DNA of 64,000 nt. Source: an uncultured Porphyromonadaceae bacterium (GTDB lineage Bacteria > Bacteroidota > Bacteroidia > Bacteroidales > Muribaculaceae). Positions 61,753-64,000 of the stretch are shown here, piece after piece. The notes beneath the pieces are model-generated. The model did not search any database. It was not told where the DNA came from and saw nothing but the letters and a program-made list of their open reading frames with translations. The first letter of the stretch is position 1, and each line of letters begins with the position of its first letter. The stretch spans positions 66,020 to 130,019 of the forward strand of contig CANRVB010000003.1 of NCBI GenBank assembly GCA_947643165.1, given 5' to 3'. The position numbers and the translations under genes are program-made.

Positions 61753-63165
61753 ATGAAAAGATTATTCTCCTATCTCGCAATAGCATTCAGCATATCATCG
61801 CTGTCAGCCTACTCGCAGACAATGAGTCTGGAGCAGGCCAAAGCAGCTTTCAACCAGGGTGATTACGACCAGGCCGCCGAGACGCTGGCCAAAGCTGCCG
61901 ATGCCGAGCCTAAGAACGCCACACTCAACCACATGGCTGGAGTGGCATTGATGCGCAGCGGTGACATTAAACGGGCCAAGAACTATCTCAACAAAGGTAC
62001 GGATGAGTCACTGCTCTTCAGAGCCCGTATTGCGATAGATGAATATGACTTTGACGGTGCTGACGAACTGGTCGAAAAATTTGAAACCGCCCGGACCAAA
62101 GGAAAACGCAAATCAAAAACAAAGCAACCGGTGGAAAATCCGGCAATAATGGAAGAGGTCGAGATGGCAGCCGAACGCGGCCGCTCGATGATGGAACGCG
62201 TTGAAAAAATTGTGGTGATTGACAGTATCGCCGTCAACCGCGACGATTTCTTCAAGGCATACCGTCTGGCGGCTTCTGCAGGCAAGATCTCGGGTCCCGA
62301 CATACTGCCCCAGGGATTCCCATACGCCGAACCAACCACTGTCCACACTTCGCAAGATGGTGAATCCATGATTTGGGCACTCCCTGACTCGACCGACAAC
62401 TATGTTTTGGCCGAGGCCTCACGTCTGGCCGATGGATCTTGGGAAGGACCTTCAATTGCAAAAGGCGCACTCAGCGATGGCGGCGACGTCAACTATCCGT
62501 TCCTCATGTCAGACGGTGTGACACTGTATTTTGCATCCGACGGCGAAGGATCGCTCGGCGGTTATGACATCTACATCTCGCGCAGAGACGGTGATGGATT
62601 TCTGCAACCGCAGAACTTAGGTATGCCTTACAACTCCCCCTTCGATGACTATCTCCTGGCTATAGACGAAGAGACAGGCACAGGATGGTGGGCTACCGAC
62701 CGTAATCAACTCGGCGATTACATAACCGTCTACCGTTTTATCCCATCCGAACTGCGTGTCAACTACCCCGCCGATACCCCAAATCTCGCATCGCTGGCCA
62801 AGCTGTCTGATTACCGTGCCACATGGGAGGATGGTGCGGACTACAGTGAACTACTGGCCTCACCAAAAGAAGCCGAGTCGGGAAACAAAGCGGCGACATT
62901 CAGATTCGCAATGCCCGACGGACGCATAATCACATCACTCGGCGAACTCAAGAACCGCCAGGCCAAGAGCGCCTTATCAACCTATCTTGACCTCAACGCA
63001 CAGCTGACACGCTTGCAGAATAGTCTGGCCGAAATGAGAGCCGCTTATAGCCGAGGTGACCGCACAAACAGCCAGAATATATTAAACGGTGAACAGCGCA
63101 TCGAGACACTGCGCAAAGAAATCGCCCGCAAACGAAACGAGGTCGTATCAGCCGAAATGAACTGA
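61753..63165 (+). CDS. Secreted TPR protein with PD40-like repeats
   Basis: Signal peptide, N-terminal TPR, YPFLMSDGVTLYFAS, GGYDIY, NLGMPYNSPFDD. Confidence 0.8.
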   Translation: MKRLFSYLAIAFSISSLSAYSQTMSLEQAKAAFNQGDYDQAAETLAKAADAEPKNATLNHMAGVALMRSGDIKRAKNYLNKGTDESLLFRARIAIDEYDFDGADELVEKFETARTKGKRKSKTKQPVENPAIMEEVEMAAERGRSMMERVEKIVVIDSIAVNRDDFFKAYRLAASAGKISGPDILPQGFPYAEPTTVHTSQDGESMIWALPDSTDNYVLAEASRLADGSWEGPSIAKGALSDGGDVNYPFLMSDGVTLYFASDGEGSLGGYDIYISRRDGDGFLQPQNLGMPYNSPFDDYLLAIDEETGTGWWATDRNQLGDYITVYRFIPSELRVNYPADTPNLASLAKLSDYRATWEDGADYSELLASPKEAESGNKAATFRFAMPDGRIITSLGELKNRQAKSALSTYLDLNAQLTRLQNSLAEMRAAYSRGDRTNSQNILNGEQRIETLRKEIARKRNEVVSAEMN

Positions 63166-63221
63166 CCGTATAACCTCCTGACAGACAACAAACTTACACA
63201 TAAACATCAAATAGAACCATC

Positions 63222-64000
63222 ATGTCATCATTTCTCATAGCACTGGCCGTACTGATAGGTGGCTACGTGATCTATGGCGCTGTTGTAGAGCGCATTATAG
63301 GTATCGATCCATCAAGAAAAGTGCCATCCGAGACACTGCGCGACGGCGTAGACTTCATACCTATGCCGGCATGGAAAGTTTTCCTCATACAGTTTCTCAA
63401 TATAGCAGGTCTGGGCCCCATATTCGGAGCGATCATGGGTGTGATGTTCGGTCCGGCCGCATTCCTGTGGATCACTTTCGGCACCATATTCGCCGGAGCA
63501 GTACACGATTTCGTTAGTGGATTTGTGTCGTTACGGTCACAAGGTTCGTCATTACCTGAAATAGTGGGTCACGAACTTGGATCCGGTATCAAACAGATAA
63601 TGAGGGGATTCTCAATACTGCTTCTCATACTTGTAGGCGCCGTGTTCATACTCACACCGGCCCAGATAATAGGCAATATGACGCCGGAATGGATGTCCAC
63701 AGGTTTCTGGATAGCCCTGATATTCGTTTACTACCTGTTGGCCACGTTGTTACCTATCGATAAACTTATAGGCCGATTCTATCCCGTTTTCGGCTTCGCG
63801 CTGCTGTTTATGGCCGTTGGAATACTGTGCGTGCTGCTGTTCAATCCGGAGATAAGCATACCGGTCGGATTGGATAACGGTCTGGGTAACAGGATGTCAG
63901 AGCCCGAAACCCACCCCATATTCCCGATGATGTTTGTAAGTATAGCATGTGGTGCTATTTCCGGGTTTCACGCTACACAGAGTCCAATGATGGCGAGGTG
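63222..64000 (+). CDS. cstA: Carbon starvation protein A family transporter (partial)
   Basis: Read by hand from ATG 63222: DGVDFIPM, QFLNIAGLGPIFGA, GAVHD, IACGAISGFHATQSP; runs off the window. Confidence 0.92.
   Translation, partial: MSSFLIALAVLIGGYVIYGAVVERIIGIDPSRKVPSETLRDGVDFIPMPAWKVFLIQFLNIAGLGPIFGAIMGVMFGPAAFLWITFGTIFAGAVHDFVSGFVSLRSQGSSLPEIVGHELGSGIKQIMRGFSILLLILVGAVFILTPAQIIGNMTPEWMSTGFWIALIFVYYLLATLLPIDKLIGRFYPVFGFALLFMAVGILCVLLFNPEISIPVGLDNGLGNRMSEPETHPIFPMMFVSIACGAISGFHATQSPMMAR

Overview
64 kb of a Bacteroidales chromosome, Muribaculaceae-like by gene content and TAnnTTTG promoters. It is mostly housekeeping: speA, truA, rnpB, dcp, trpS, grpE-dnaJ, ispE, dnaB, lysC-lysA, glycogen synthase/phosphorylase, leuACDB, groESL, carAB, pncAB, mdh, tgt-lptG and cstA. 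No CRISPR array, rRNA, tRNA, integrase or transposase was seen. Four things stand out. (1) A radical SAM/SPASM enzyme sits behind two paralogous lipoproteins that share a 22-residue identical signal-peptide stretch and an MYG motif after the lipobox, making it a candidate protein-splicing (XYG) maturation system for surface lipoproteins. (2) Sigma54-type -24/-12 elements lie before grpE-dnaJ, groESL and a TPR-dcp operon, and an identical 15-bp palindrome (CTGCCAAAATGGCAG) occurs at both chaperone loci, once hidden inside ispE. (3) A roughly 4 kb accessory patch carries an XRE/DUF3791-DUF3990 (ART-like)-DUF3791 toxin-antitoxin-like trio. (4) The same patch has a frameshifted outer-membrane barrel gene coupled to an unannotated 45-aa ORF. 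Family names are recognised from motifs and memory, not from database searches.
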